Sequence record: OR805293.1
Length of the DNA: 64,000 nucleotides
Strand: one strand, 5' to 3'
Part shown: positions 11,601 through 18,567 of the stretch, piece after piece
Layout of the letters: the number at the start of each line of letters is the position of its first letter
Position numbering within the stretch: the stretch's first letter is position 1
Translations under genes and position numbers: made by a program
The notes under the pieces: generated by a model
Told to the model about the DNA's origin: nothing
The model's database searches: none
The model's input: only the letters and a program-made list of their open reading frames with translations

Positions 11601-12327
11601 CACCGGAACTATATCTAAATTCACTACAGTATTTAAAAATACAAACATGTATGTAGCTGGCGGATATTCGTTAGGTTTCATAGATAACATAGCGTTAGTA
11701 GACGATACTGGATTAGGAACTGCACTTACTGTAGGAAGAACATATACCACAGGTATATATGATGGACCTGCGTATGTTGGTTTAGGTGCAAACTTTGCAG
11801 TATATGGATACGAAACTGCAATACAATCTATACCGGGTTCCAGTGTAGTATTGGCAGGAAATCTATGCAGGCAAGCAGGCGCTGCAATCCGTGCAGACGG
11901 TTCTATATTGTCATTTAATGCCGGACAATCTGTTTATATTGCAAACCAAGCACAAGATGGTATTGTGTTAAAACACGGAAGTAAACTAATACACAACGAC
12001 GATGCTAGTCAATCGTTTGTATTTGTGATATTCAATAATATCAAATCCGGCACAATCCTGTCGTTAGATACAAGTATATCTACTGCTAATTTTGAAGTTA
12101 AAAACTCAGAAGGCATAATGATAGCTGCAACCAGACATAGTACAGTTGATGCTAGATCAGCTATTGTATCTGGAACAATAACAGGCGATTTAGAAGTAAA
12201 TGCAACAGGCATGTCTATAATCAGCATAAACGAACCTGCAGGCAGTACAAATATACCATTAGCAGTTGTTTGTAATCCTGTTTATGGATCTAATACAGAA
12301 TTACAAAAAGGTTATATAGGATTATAA
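5617..12327 (+). CDS. Giant repeat-rich tail fibre / virion fibre protein (2236 aa)
   Basis: About 20 VAxSGxYxDLxNKP repeats, NGFLRWN and LxDV..G.VL.WNG..W repeats, two T4 gp34-like DTxxxxxTxTLP domains (~10470-11100), C-terminal DGNDxxGxGxxxxPFAT beta-helix-like region. Confidence 0.8.
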   Translation: MSIQSGPSVLNQFVPDFLIDSTPTNGQFLVYDETVQAFVNSTNPRIVLDSSNILDGSITIDKLAISGNKVPGYVLTITSAGGMAFLPVPGSGGQLPSLDELLDTNIVSPTVTQYLKWDGSAWVNSNITLNDVSDVSVISPTADDVLAWESGSWTNKKIDYTSLTNKPDLSDVVRSSELSPVAFSGDYNDLVNIPSATSNTIVGLTDVNDTALPNGFLRWNASGDEVEFITSISATVITGLAPVATSGNYNDLLGKPNLSVYPLRTEFSTVATTGNYSDLNNVPLTFAPSAHTHPAAQITGLASVATSNDYNDLVNKPTAMAPTAHTHAISDIIGLQNSLDSKLTVNLTTRLPKDVIYFNGTSWVNKQLSYTDISGTPNLDNYVTDSELSTVATTGRYSDLINKPELVENLNDLLDVDVSSKQTGNVLTWNGTAWVASAITQASIDWANISNKPSVFNPAAHTHDVVDVLGLQSLLDSKLDANIAFDGDYNSLTNKPGLIDLQDTFSPAVPNGFLRWNNLGTLVAYQDYIYPQDISGLSDVAISGQYSDLLGTPSLSTVAITGSYSDLIDAPPAFDGDYDSLTNKPFIPTNFDFKFIGLNDVSPTVQPGGYLKWNLDGSFVVSSANIPATDVAGLSVVSTTGQYSDLLGKPLLATVSSSGSYTDLINIPTEFNPAVHTHNIADISGLQAALDNKLNTSDAFSGDYNDLTNAPTNSSYSLVGLSDTNSVPVANGFLRWNASGSSVEYIQTIPVNAITGLAPVASSGQYADLQGTPDLSDYVLSVSLADIATTGEYSDLINAPDLSVYANKTDLSDVATTGQYSDLLGIPTQFTPTVHVHNVSQISGLATVATSGSYNDLSNKPSFANVATTGSYDDLNNKPSIPTNGSFSLLGLNDTNNTPVADGILRWNSSANQVIYANTIDAQSVSGLATVATIGKLSSLSDVDLIGLNQNEILQWNGSAWVPVPYNPNQIQAYIESGNTKVSTNDILDSIVLTAGPTTGNIIFELGNTNSSIILNPVANNVDALISSTSRIKLDSSTGISLGNISYPMTDGTVGQAVVTNGAGQLSFETVVKPSQLATVATSGNYNDLTNKPTLVTELNGLADVRMRDTNGNYLAQPEDVLTYSNGIWQARPNTSSSFIGLSDTQNITLPEDRANAYLRWDTTGNLIIYEDSISASVIAGLAEVATTGDLHDLINVNVNLPDMNNPATQAVWGLIWDRQNQRWINYNLRNIAGSGGSTVVALNDLTDVTLTFPVVDGNVLRATVQPDNSIVWQNKQLSYSDLTGTISMSLLQLTDTSSSAVPNGFLRWDSSGNTVQYITTISTNDITGLAPVATSGNYNDLSNTPAIPASINDLADVNTVSPVPTNGYVLTWDSSSNNWIAKEPATNPSGSTALADLTDVSLSDLAASDVLKYNGTTWVNEPVTYSELTDLPTFALVAFSGDYNDLTNKPSGSTTSILDLTDTADTALPNGFLRWNASGDEVLYQSSINVSDIIGLSGVAISGDYNDLSNKPENNSYYFRKLADAGNPQPNTFIKYPAFTIPPGSDIDDVNPILEYVSSINALTDIDNLAPVATNGILGSLVDVNLNSVEDGQVLTYDAVTNSWINKNSSGSPVVTSWTKINGNYTVTGSEYLLVDTTSASVTITLPVAPTENMVIRIADWKGTFRTNSCVVNTNGMPLMGASMDNTLTIQNQNASIELTFVDTTYGWKITDGIGEISKQNIPVTNWRTVDSSSTPAMLIAQPGEAIYVNTNNGAVTVKLPTGASVNAVVRIADLLGTYDKASCFVDGNGNPIMGKNEILEIANENASIEFTYVDSVVGWKVTDGIGELGRKTDIASDSDIIVYVATDGNDTTGSGTEESPFATLNAAFLSLDGKFVNSSAEIIVRVAEGVYEPTNPVAFSHIQGMNVKLIGELPQASSSFTVTNITNDAGLAKVTMQLSSVSDYEVGDIIKITSAATMLECVEIITAINTGSNTLEIVIPNSVLADVSDYTGYTGTISKFTTVFKNTNMYVAGGYSLGFIDNIALVDDTGLGTALTVGRTYTTGIYDGPAYVGLGANFAVYGYETAIQSIPGSSVVLAGNLCRQAGAAIRADGSILSFNAGQSVYIANQAQDGIVLKHGSKLIHNDDASQSFVFVIFNNIKSGTILSLDTSISTANFEVKNSEGIMIAATRHSTVDARSAIVSGTITGDLEVNATGMSIISINEPAGSTNIPLAVVCNPVYGSNTELQKGYIGL
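6244..6293 (+). repeat. 50-bp exact direct repeat, copy 1 (copy 2 at 10015-10064)
   Basis: actgcactacctaacggattcttgcgctggaacgcaagcggtgatgaggt is identical at both sites. Confidence 0.9.
6325..6373 (+). repeat. 49-bp exact direct repeat, copy 1 (copy 2 at 9595-9643)
   Basis: ataaccgggttagctccggttgctactagtggaaattataatgacttat is identical at both sites. Confidence 0.9.
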
Positions 12328-12328
12328 T

Positions 12329-12715
12329 ATGTCTAATTTAAATGATTATTTTGGTGGAACATCTAATAGCACTGGAAGTTATCCCAGTGCTATTCCTGCA
12401 AAAAGAATTAATACTTCTGCAACTACTATTACATCGGGTGAAACTAGAGACTTTATTTTAGGAGTATCATCAGGTGCTGTGTTATTCCTTGCTGTCTCTA
12501 CAATAATAGGTAACCAAACAGACACGTACGAACTTTATATAAAAATAGGATCTAATATAGTAATAGATTTCGAAACAATAACTGGTAATTTTAATACAAA
12601 TCAACCTGCATTTTTATTAGGTTCAGGTACAGCAACCCTTACAGTACATAATACATCTGCAACAGATATGATGTTTAGTTCAAACACATATTTTGCACCA
12701 ATATCTCTTAGTTAA
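12329..12715 (+). CDS. Small tail-associated protein (MSNLNDYFG N-terminus)
   Basis: 128 aa, starts 1 bp after the fibre stop codon; shares its N-terminal peptide with the next gene. Confidence 0.6.
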   Translation: MSNLNDYFGGTSNSTGSYPSAIPAKRINTSATTITSGETRDFILGVSSGAVLFLAVSTIIGNQTDTYELYIKIGSNIVIDFETITGNFNTNQPAFLLGSGTATLTVHNTSATDMMFSSNTYFAPISLS

Positions 12716-12716
12716 T

Positions 12717-12738
12717 AAAAGGGCTTTTAAGCCCTTTT
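12717..12738 (+). terminator. Rho-independent terminator
   Basis: aaaagggct-ttta-agccctttt. Confidence 0.85.
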
Positions 12739-12775
12739 ATTATATTTTACCTATGTTAAAATACTACTAAAATCT

Positions 12776-12783
12776 GGTAAATA
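12776..12783 (+). promoter_or_regulatory. Late promoter motif GGTAAATA
   Basis: Between the terminator and ORF 12831. Confidence 0.5.
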
Positions 12784-12830
12784 TTGTGATAACAATATAA
12801 TAGATTTTAGCTAAGTGTAAAAGGAAACAT

Positions 12831-15800
12831 ATGTCTAATTTAAATGATTTTTTTGGATCAAGTGGATCAGAAGGCGGGGGAGCCGAAGTTAAAAGACTAG
12901 ACGACTTAGTAGACGTTTCTGTAGCTAGTCCAACTAACGGTCAAACCCTTGTTTTTGACAACACAGGCTGGGTAAACAGAAAACTTAGCTACAATGATTT
13001 ATCTAATCTTCCGTCTATATCAAACACATTAAGTGGATTAGATGATGTAGACACTGCCGGTACTATAGCCGGATATGTATTACAATTTAACGGAATAAAA
13101 TGGGTAGGTATGCCTGCCAGTAGTTCCATTTCGTTAGACGATTTATCTAATGTTGCTATTACAGCACCCTCAATAAACCAAACACTGCTATTTAATGGAT
13201 CAACATGGTATAACGGATCTGTAGATTTTAATAATTTAATAAACACACCCGTTATTCCTACACAGTTAGGCGATTTGTCAGATGTTTCTGTCAGTGCTTC
13301 TACTCAAGAAGGAAGTGTACTAGTTTTTAGAACAGGACAATGGATCGGTTCTGTAATAAATTACAACGATTTGTCAAATACTCCTACGATACCGCAAAAC
13401 GATTCATTTACATTCTTAGGTTTATCCGATACTAACGATATACCGGAAGCAAATGGGTTTTTAAAATGGAACAATTTAAGTACAGAAATAGAATATGTTA
13501 CTTCAATTCCTTCGTCTGCTATAACAGGATTAGCCAATGTTGCAACAACCGGTTTATTATCCAGTTTAGTAGATGTGAATGTCAGTGGTGTATCTAATGG
13601 CCAGGTTCTAACATATAATTCCTCTTCTAGCACATGGGTTCCTACTACGCCATCAACCGGCGGCGGAACAAGTGATCCTACTGCTATTTTTAGTACAGAC
13701 GGTAATACGTATATTAATACTGAAGAATTAGTAGACGAGCTAGTTTTAAAAACCGGACCTGGATCCGGAAATATAAATGTCATTCTTGGTGGCAGCGGCA
13801 AGATTGTCGTCGAAGGTCAATCTCCGGAAATAATATCGGAAACTAGTTTAAAATTAACAGGTAGCAATTTATATTTAAATGAACTATCTTGGCCTACGAC
13901 TGACGGAACGAGTGGTCAAGTTTTAGCTACAGACGGAAATGGAAATCTCTCATTTATAACAGTATCGTCCGGTGGAACTACTATACTCATAAACTGGCGC
14001 GGTGAATGGGAAGAAACTAGTTATAATATAAACGACGCAGTAAGTTATGCCGGTTCTAGTTATATATGTGTTGCTGAAGTAGCCGGCGGCGATATTTCTG
14101 TTCCGCCTAGCAATACAAACTTAAATTGGAATATACTAGCACTAAAAGGTGAAGACGGATCATTCTTTACTTATACGGGAACTTATGATTCTAATACTGA
14201 ATATGTAGATAAAGATGTAGTTTATTATAACGGTTCATCTTATGTAGTGTTAGACGGGCAAGGACCTATTACAGGAATCACCCCCACTGACCAATCTAAA
14301 TGGGGTATATTAGCGTTAGCTGGTTCTGGAGGAACAGGCAGTGGTTTTACTTACAAAAATGAATATAATAATTCGGAAACTTATCAAGACCAAGACGTTG
14401 TTAGTTATGGAGGATCTTCATACATTGTTAGTCCTGGCAACGGTCCTGTTACTGGTATTTTGCCTACCGATTCTTCTATTTGGGGTATTATTGCACTCAA
14501 GGGTCAAGACGGGTCTGGAACAGGTAACCAGTCGCTTGAAGATTTAACTGATGTATCTAGTGCCACTCCTACTTCGGGGAATGTGTTAGTAGCTACCGGG
14601 TCATCGTGGTCTTCTTCTAAGTTATCATATAGTCAACTCCAAGGTCTACCTACTTTATCTGTAGTTGCTACTTCTGGTAGTTATAATGACTTATTAGATA
14701 AACCTTCTAATATAGGAACATTTATTGGATTATCAGATACTGATACTCCTTCCCTACCGAATGGATTTTTAAAATGGAATGCACAAGGAACATCTATATC
14801 TTATGTACAATCAATACCTTCAGAATCTATTTCTGGTTTGGCTACTGTTGCTACTACCGGTGATTATAGCGATTTAACTAATACACCTAACATACCAGTT
14901 ATGCTAGACGACTTGACAGATGTGAATTTAGTTACGCCTCCTGTAACAGGACAGGCTTTAGTATACAACGGTACGTATTGGTTGGCAGGCAATGCCGGAA
15001 GCGGTTCGAGCACACTAGCATCATTAACTGACGTTAACTTAACTACTCCTACCAACAATCAAGTATTATCGTATGACAATACACAAAATTTGTGGATTAA
15101 TACACAAATCGATTATGATGATATTTTAAATACACCTAGTATACCCGTAAATAATAGCTTTAGCTTGGTTGGGTTGAACGACACGGATAATTCTGCTATT
15201 CCGAACGCATTCTTAAAATGGAACTCAACTGGGAATTCAGTAGAATACGTTCAGTCTATTTCTGCTAGTAGTATAACAGGATTATCTACTGTTGCTACAA
15301 CTGGAGACTACAACGACTTAACTAATTTACCTTCTATTCCAGAAAATATAAGTGATTTAAATGACGTAGATACATCTACTGCACCTACTGATGGTCAAAT
15401 ACTCATATATAGTGCAGCACTAGGAAAGTGGATTCCTGGAGATCAAAGCGGTACTAGTCCAGTTCCAGGCGGCTTCCCCGGTGAATGGTTAAAAATCAAT
15501 TATACCCCTGGCAATTTAATAGGTACAATTGAGTGTTCGCCTAACATATCATACACTATAGTAGATAATGTTGCAAATAATAATCTTACTTTAGATTTAG
15601 TATTTGCAAATAGACCATACCCGCCTGCTGGATGGATGTGGTATGGTTACTTAGTAACACAAGGCAGATATGTATTAAAAATGCAAGATACTACTAGTCA
15701 TCCGCATACGTTAGAGCTTACGACTACTGAAAATCCGTTTGGAACAGGAACTGGAAAATTATCAGGATTCCAGTGCAGGGTATCAACTACTGGAGCCCAA

Positions 15801-15851
15801 AGCTATGGTCCTCTTCAGCCTACGCATGCATATGTGATATTTGGGTGGTAA
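12831..15851 (+). CDS. Second repeat-rich fibre protein with three CBM5/12-like carbohydrate-binding repeats
   Basis: Same repeat types as 5617-12327, plus three W/Y-x-G-x-W/Y...Y..xDxVxYxGSSY...W repeats at ~13990-14500. Confidence 0.75.
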   Translation: MSNLNDFFGSSGSEGGGAEVKRLDDLVDVSVASPTNGQTLVFDNTGWVNRKLSYNDLSNLPSISNTLSGLDDVDTAGTIAGYVLQFNGIKWVGMPASSSISLDDLSNVAITAPSINQTLLFNGSTWYNGSVDFNNLINTPVIPTQLGDLSDVSVSASTQEGSVLVFRTGQWIGSVINYNDLSNTPTIPQNDSFTFLGLSDTNDIPEANGFLKWNNLSTEIEYVTSIPSSAITGLANVATTGLLSSLVDVNVSGVSNGQVLTYNSSSSTWVPTTPSTGGGTSDPTAIFSTDGNTYINTEELVDELVLKTGPGSGNINVILGGSGKIVVEGQSPEIISETSLKLTGSNLYLNELSWPTTDGTSGQVLATDGNGNLSFITVSSGGTTILINWRGEWEETSYNINDAVSYAGSSYICVAEVAGGDISVPPSNTNLNWNILALKGEDGSFFTYTGTYDSNTEYVDKDVVYYNGSSYVVLDGQGPITGITPTDQSKWGILALAGSGGTGSGFTYKNEYNNSETYQDQDVVSYGGSSYIVSPGNGPVTGILPTDSSIWGIIALKGQDGSGTGNQSLEDLTDVSSATPTSGNVLVATGSSWSSSKLSYSQLQGLPTLSVVATSGSYNDLLDKPSNIGTFIGLSDTDTPSLPNGFLKWNAQGTSISYVQSIPSESISGLATVATTGDYSDLTNTPNIPVMLDDLTDVNLVTPPVTGQALVYNGTYWLAGNAGSGSSTLASLTDVNLTTPTNNQVLSYDNTQNLWINTQIDYDDILNTPSIPVNNSFSLVGLNDTDNSAIPNAFLKWNSTGNSVEYVQSISASSITGLSTVATTGDYNDLTNLPSIPENISDLNDVDTSTAPTDGQILIYSAALGKWIPGDQSGTSPVPGGFPGEWLKINYTPGNLIGTIECSPNISYTIVDNVANNNLTLDLVFANRPYPPAGWMWYGYLVTQGRYVLKMQDTTSHPHTLELTTTENPFGTGTGKLSGFQCRVSTTGAQSYGPLQPTHAYVIFGW

Positions 15852-15854
15852 TAT

Positions 15855-17828
15855 ATGATTTTATCTATACCTAATAAAGTAATTCAACTGAATATACAAT
15901 CTGCAGTTGGTAAAGATTATTGGCCGTACAACCAAGGTGACGAATTCTGGGAAAACGGAAGTTCTCCCAGATTTTATACATGGATTATATCTGCAACCGT
16001 TATTCCGCAGTTTCATAGTTACGAAAACACAAGAGAACCATATACATATAACGGTTTAGATTTAAATGTAGGGGATTGGATATCTAACACTGATATACCG
16101 CAAGCTTTTGAAATCATTTCTATAACTGAAAAAACAGAAACATCATTAGTTGCAATAATTAGAGATACATTTAGGTATAATACATTTTCTGCAATTTCAC
16201 AAGATGGATTAATAAGTCCCCAATTAGGTAATAATATACTATTCACTCTTAGTGTAGATGGAATGCCATTATTAGATCCATTGCCGGCTTCTATAAACAA
16301 ATATGGTTTTGTTTCATCGTTAGATAGTAGATTTAGAAAAGAAAAGAAAAATGAAATATTACAATTATACAAAGAAAATAACGGATTTATAAAAGGCGAT
16401 ATATTATCTTTAGATCCCGCTGCGGGATACATCTTATCAGACAATAACATTACTCATAAAATTTTAGGGACAGTATACAGTTCGGGACCGGGACCAAATG
16501 ATTTCATAGTTTCTCCTGTAAATGTTTTTAGTAAAAACTATCAAGCATCTGTATTAGGCCAAATCGGTGACACTTTATATATTTCTGATACAGATCCCGG
16601 AAAGTTAACTACCGAAAATACGGGTGTTCCTGCATATGTAAAAATAACAAATGCAATACAAGGAACATCTATTACAACGAAAAGCACAGATAATATGACA
16701 ATTGTTGTAGGAAACACATTTTCTCTAAATAATTCTAACATAGTTATACCTTCTACTAATATTCAAGATCTCGTAAATAGAATTAATACATTTACTATTG
16801 ATACAGGAATAGAAAGCTCTTTGCAGTTGGCGCCTACTAGTTGTGTGTCAAATACAGCTGACATGGCATTCGGTGGTATATTTGTTGGTATAACTCCGCC
16901 AGGTTCAGCAAAAATAAACAATGTTGAAATAATATTCAATAGCGACACCGCTAGCCCAGGTCAATGGGGTGAAGCAAATGATGTTGCTATAGCCATTAAT
17001 AATGCAAACATACCTGGCATAGTAGCAATAGCAGAGAATGGGCAAGTTACATTAACTAATACGTTAGGAACAGAGATAGTTATAGAAAATATAAGTAATG
17101 AAAGTTTTGGTTCTCCTATAGCAGGTCCAAATTCTGCAACCGGCTTGCCGTTATACACACCTGCTGCAACTAATAGTTTTATGAAATTTGTTAGTTTAAC
17201 AGGCACCGGAATAATATTTAAAAATATATTAGGAAATCCAATAGACGAACTCGGTTTACTATCTAACGAAAATGGAATGCCTGCATATGTTATGTCAGTT
17301 GCTAACGGCATAAGAACGGCAGACACGTATGTAGTAGCAAATATATCTGCAAGAGATGCATTAACTCCGTTAACGGGCGATCAAGCATATGTAATTGACG
17401 GAATGTTGCCAAACGGATCCAAGGCAGGTGAATGGGCACTATATTTATGGAACGGAAATAGTTGGATAAAAACAGCCGATGAAGATTCTGCAAAAACAGA
17501 TGCAAGTTCTATAGAACTAGAAATACAATATAATTCCTTAGAAGCTGTTACTATAGGAAAAATGAGTAATAATTCTAAAGTTACACAAATATCTATTACT
17601 GTAGAAGAAATATTCAGTAACGAAAATGCAACATTGTCTATAGGAACAGATATTAATAATACAGACATACTAATGAGTTCTGATTTTATAGATTTAACTG
17701 TAGAAGACACTTATTTTATAACACCCAATGTATATTTCGATTCTGGAACCGATACAGAAATTGTAGCTTATTTGGATAGTAACGGTTCTACTACCGGACG
17801 AGTAAAGATAATTGTATCATACACATAA
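15855..17828 (+). CDS. Putative virion structural protein
   Basis: 657 aa, N/T/S/I-rich, inside the late structural block. Confidence 0.6.
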   Translation: MILSIPNKVIQLNIQSAVGKDYWPYNQGDEFWENGSSPRFYTWIISATVIPQFHSYENTREPYTYNGLDLNVGDWISNTDIPQAFEIISITEKTETSLVAIIRDTFRYNTFSAISQDGLISPQLGNNILFTLSVDGMPLLDPLPASINKYGFVSSLDSRFRKEKKNEILQLYKENNGFIKGDILSLDPAAGYILSDNNITHKILGTVYSSGPGPNDFIVSPVNVFSKNYQASVLGQIGDTLYISDTDPGKLTTENTGVPAYVKITNAIQGTSITTKSTDNMTIVVGNTFSLNNSNIVIPSTNIQDLVNRINTFTIDTGIESSLQLAPTSCVSNTADMAFGGIFVGITPPGSAKINNVEIIFNSDTASPGQWGEANDVAIAINNANIPGIVAIAENGQVTLTNTLGTEIVIENISNESFGSPIAGPNSATGLPLYTPAATNSFMKFVSLTGTGIIFKNILGNPIDELGLLSNENGMPAYVMSVANGIRTADTYVVANISARDALTPLTGDQAYVIDGMLPNGSKAGEWALYLWNGNSWIKTADEDSAKTDASSIELEIQYNSLEAVTIGKMSNNSKVTQISITVEEIFSNENATLSIGTDINNTDILMSSDFIDLTVEDTYFITPNVYFDSGTDTEIVAYLDSNGSTTGRVKIIVSYT

Positions 17829-17832
17829 GACA

Positions 17833-17840
17833 GGTAAATA
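17833..17840 (+). promoter_or_regulatory. Late promoter motif GGTAAATA
   Basis: Immediately upstream of ORF 17857. Confidence 0.55.
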
Positions 17841-17856
17841 TCTTTATTAACACGGA

Positions 17857-18501
17857 TTGTATAAAATGATAAAAAGTTTTCTTCTTAGTGCTGTATCTAA
17901 TGTTTTACAGTTTGGAAAAAAAGGTGGAAAAATAACATATACGCCTGAAACATCTAGTTTTAAAGTAGAAACGGATAGCAATGTATTATGTCCGATCGCC
18001 GTAGGACCGGCAACTGCAACTACACATGCCGTTCCTAAAAGTTATGTAGATGGAAGAACTACAAAGTACACAATGCAAGCCGACAAAACAGTTTCTGGTT
18101 CTACATTAAGTGCAATAACAGAATTTACTAGTATATCATTAGAAGCAAATACAACATATTCATACACGTTATTATTGTTATATTCTTCCAATAATACTGC
18201 TGCTGGTATAAAATATCAATTAATGACAAATGGATCATTGACCAGATCTTTTTCTAGTGTAGAAAATGCAAAAACAGGAACAGCATCAACACTTGTAAAC
18301 GGTTTTGTTTTAGGAGCAAGTGCAACTATTACAGTAACTACGGTTGCTATTGCAAATAATTTGTATAATGTTTGGGTCCAGGGTTTTATAGAAAATTCTA
18401 GTGGGTCTCCAGACACACTAACTATATCTCTTGCTTCGTCGTCATCCGGCGCGTCGTGTTCTGCATACGCAGGTTCCCAGTTAGTTATGACTAGATTATA
18501 A
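17857..18501 (+). CDS. Putative virion protein (QFGKKGG N-terminal domain)
   Basis: 214 aa; N-terminus paralogous to 18568 protein, includes H.V.K.YVD fibre motif. Confidence 0.6.
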   Translation: MYKMIKSFLLSAVSNVLQFGKKGGKITYTPETSSFKVETDSNVLCPIAVGPATATTHAVPKSYVDGRTTKYTMQADKTVSGSTLSAITEFTSISLEANTTYSYTLLLLYSSNNTAAGIKYQLMTNGSLTRSFSSVENAKTGTASTLVNGFVLGASATITVTTVAIANNLYNVWVQGFIENSSGSPDTLTISLASSSSGASCSAYAGSQLVMTRL

Positions 18502-18529
18502 TCTTAGCAAGTAAAAATACAAAAATACC

Positions 18530-18537
18530 GATAAATA
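18530..18537 (+). promoter_or_regulatory. Late promoter motif GATAAATA
   Basis: 30 bp upstream of ORF 18568. Confidence 0.6.
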
Positions 18538-18567
18538 TCGGTATAATATATCGAAGGACTAATAACA

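Noticed and set aside
5617-15851. CRISPR array or diversity-generating retroelement in the repeat-rich region
   Set aside because: Repeats are in-frame protein repeats with irregular spacing; I saw no adenine-specific TR/VR mismatch pattern and no reverse transcriptase in the window.
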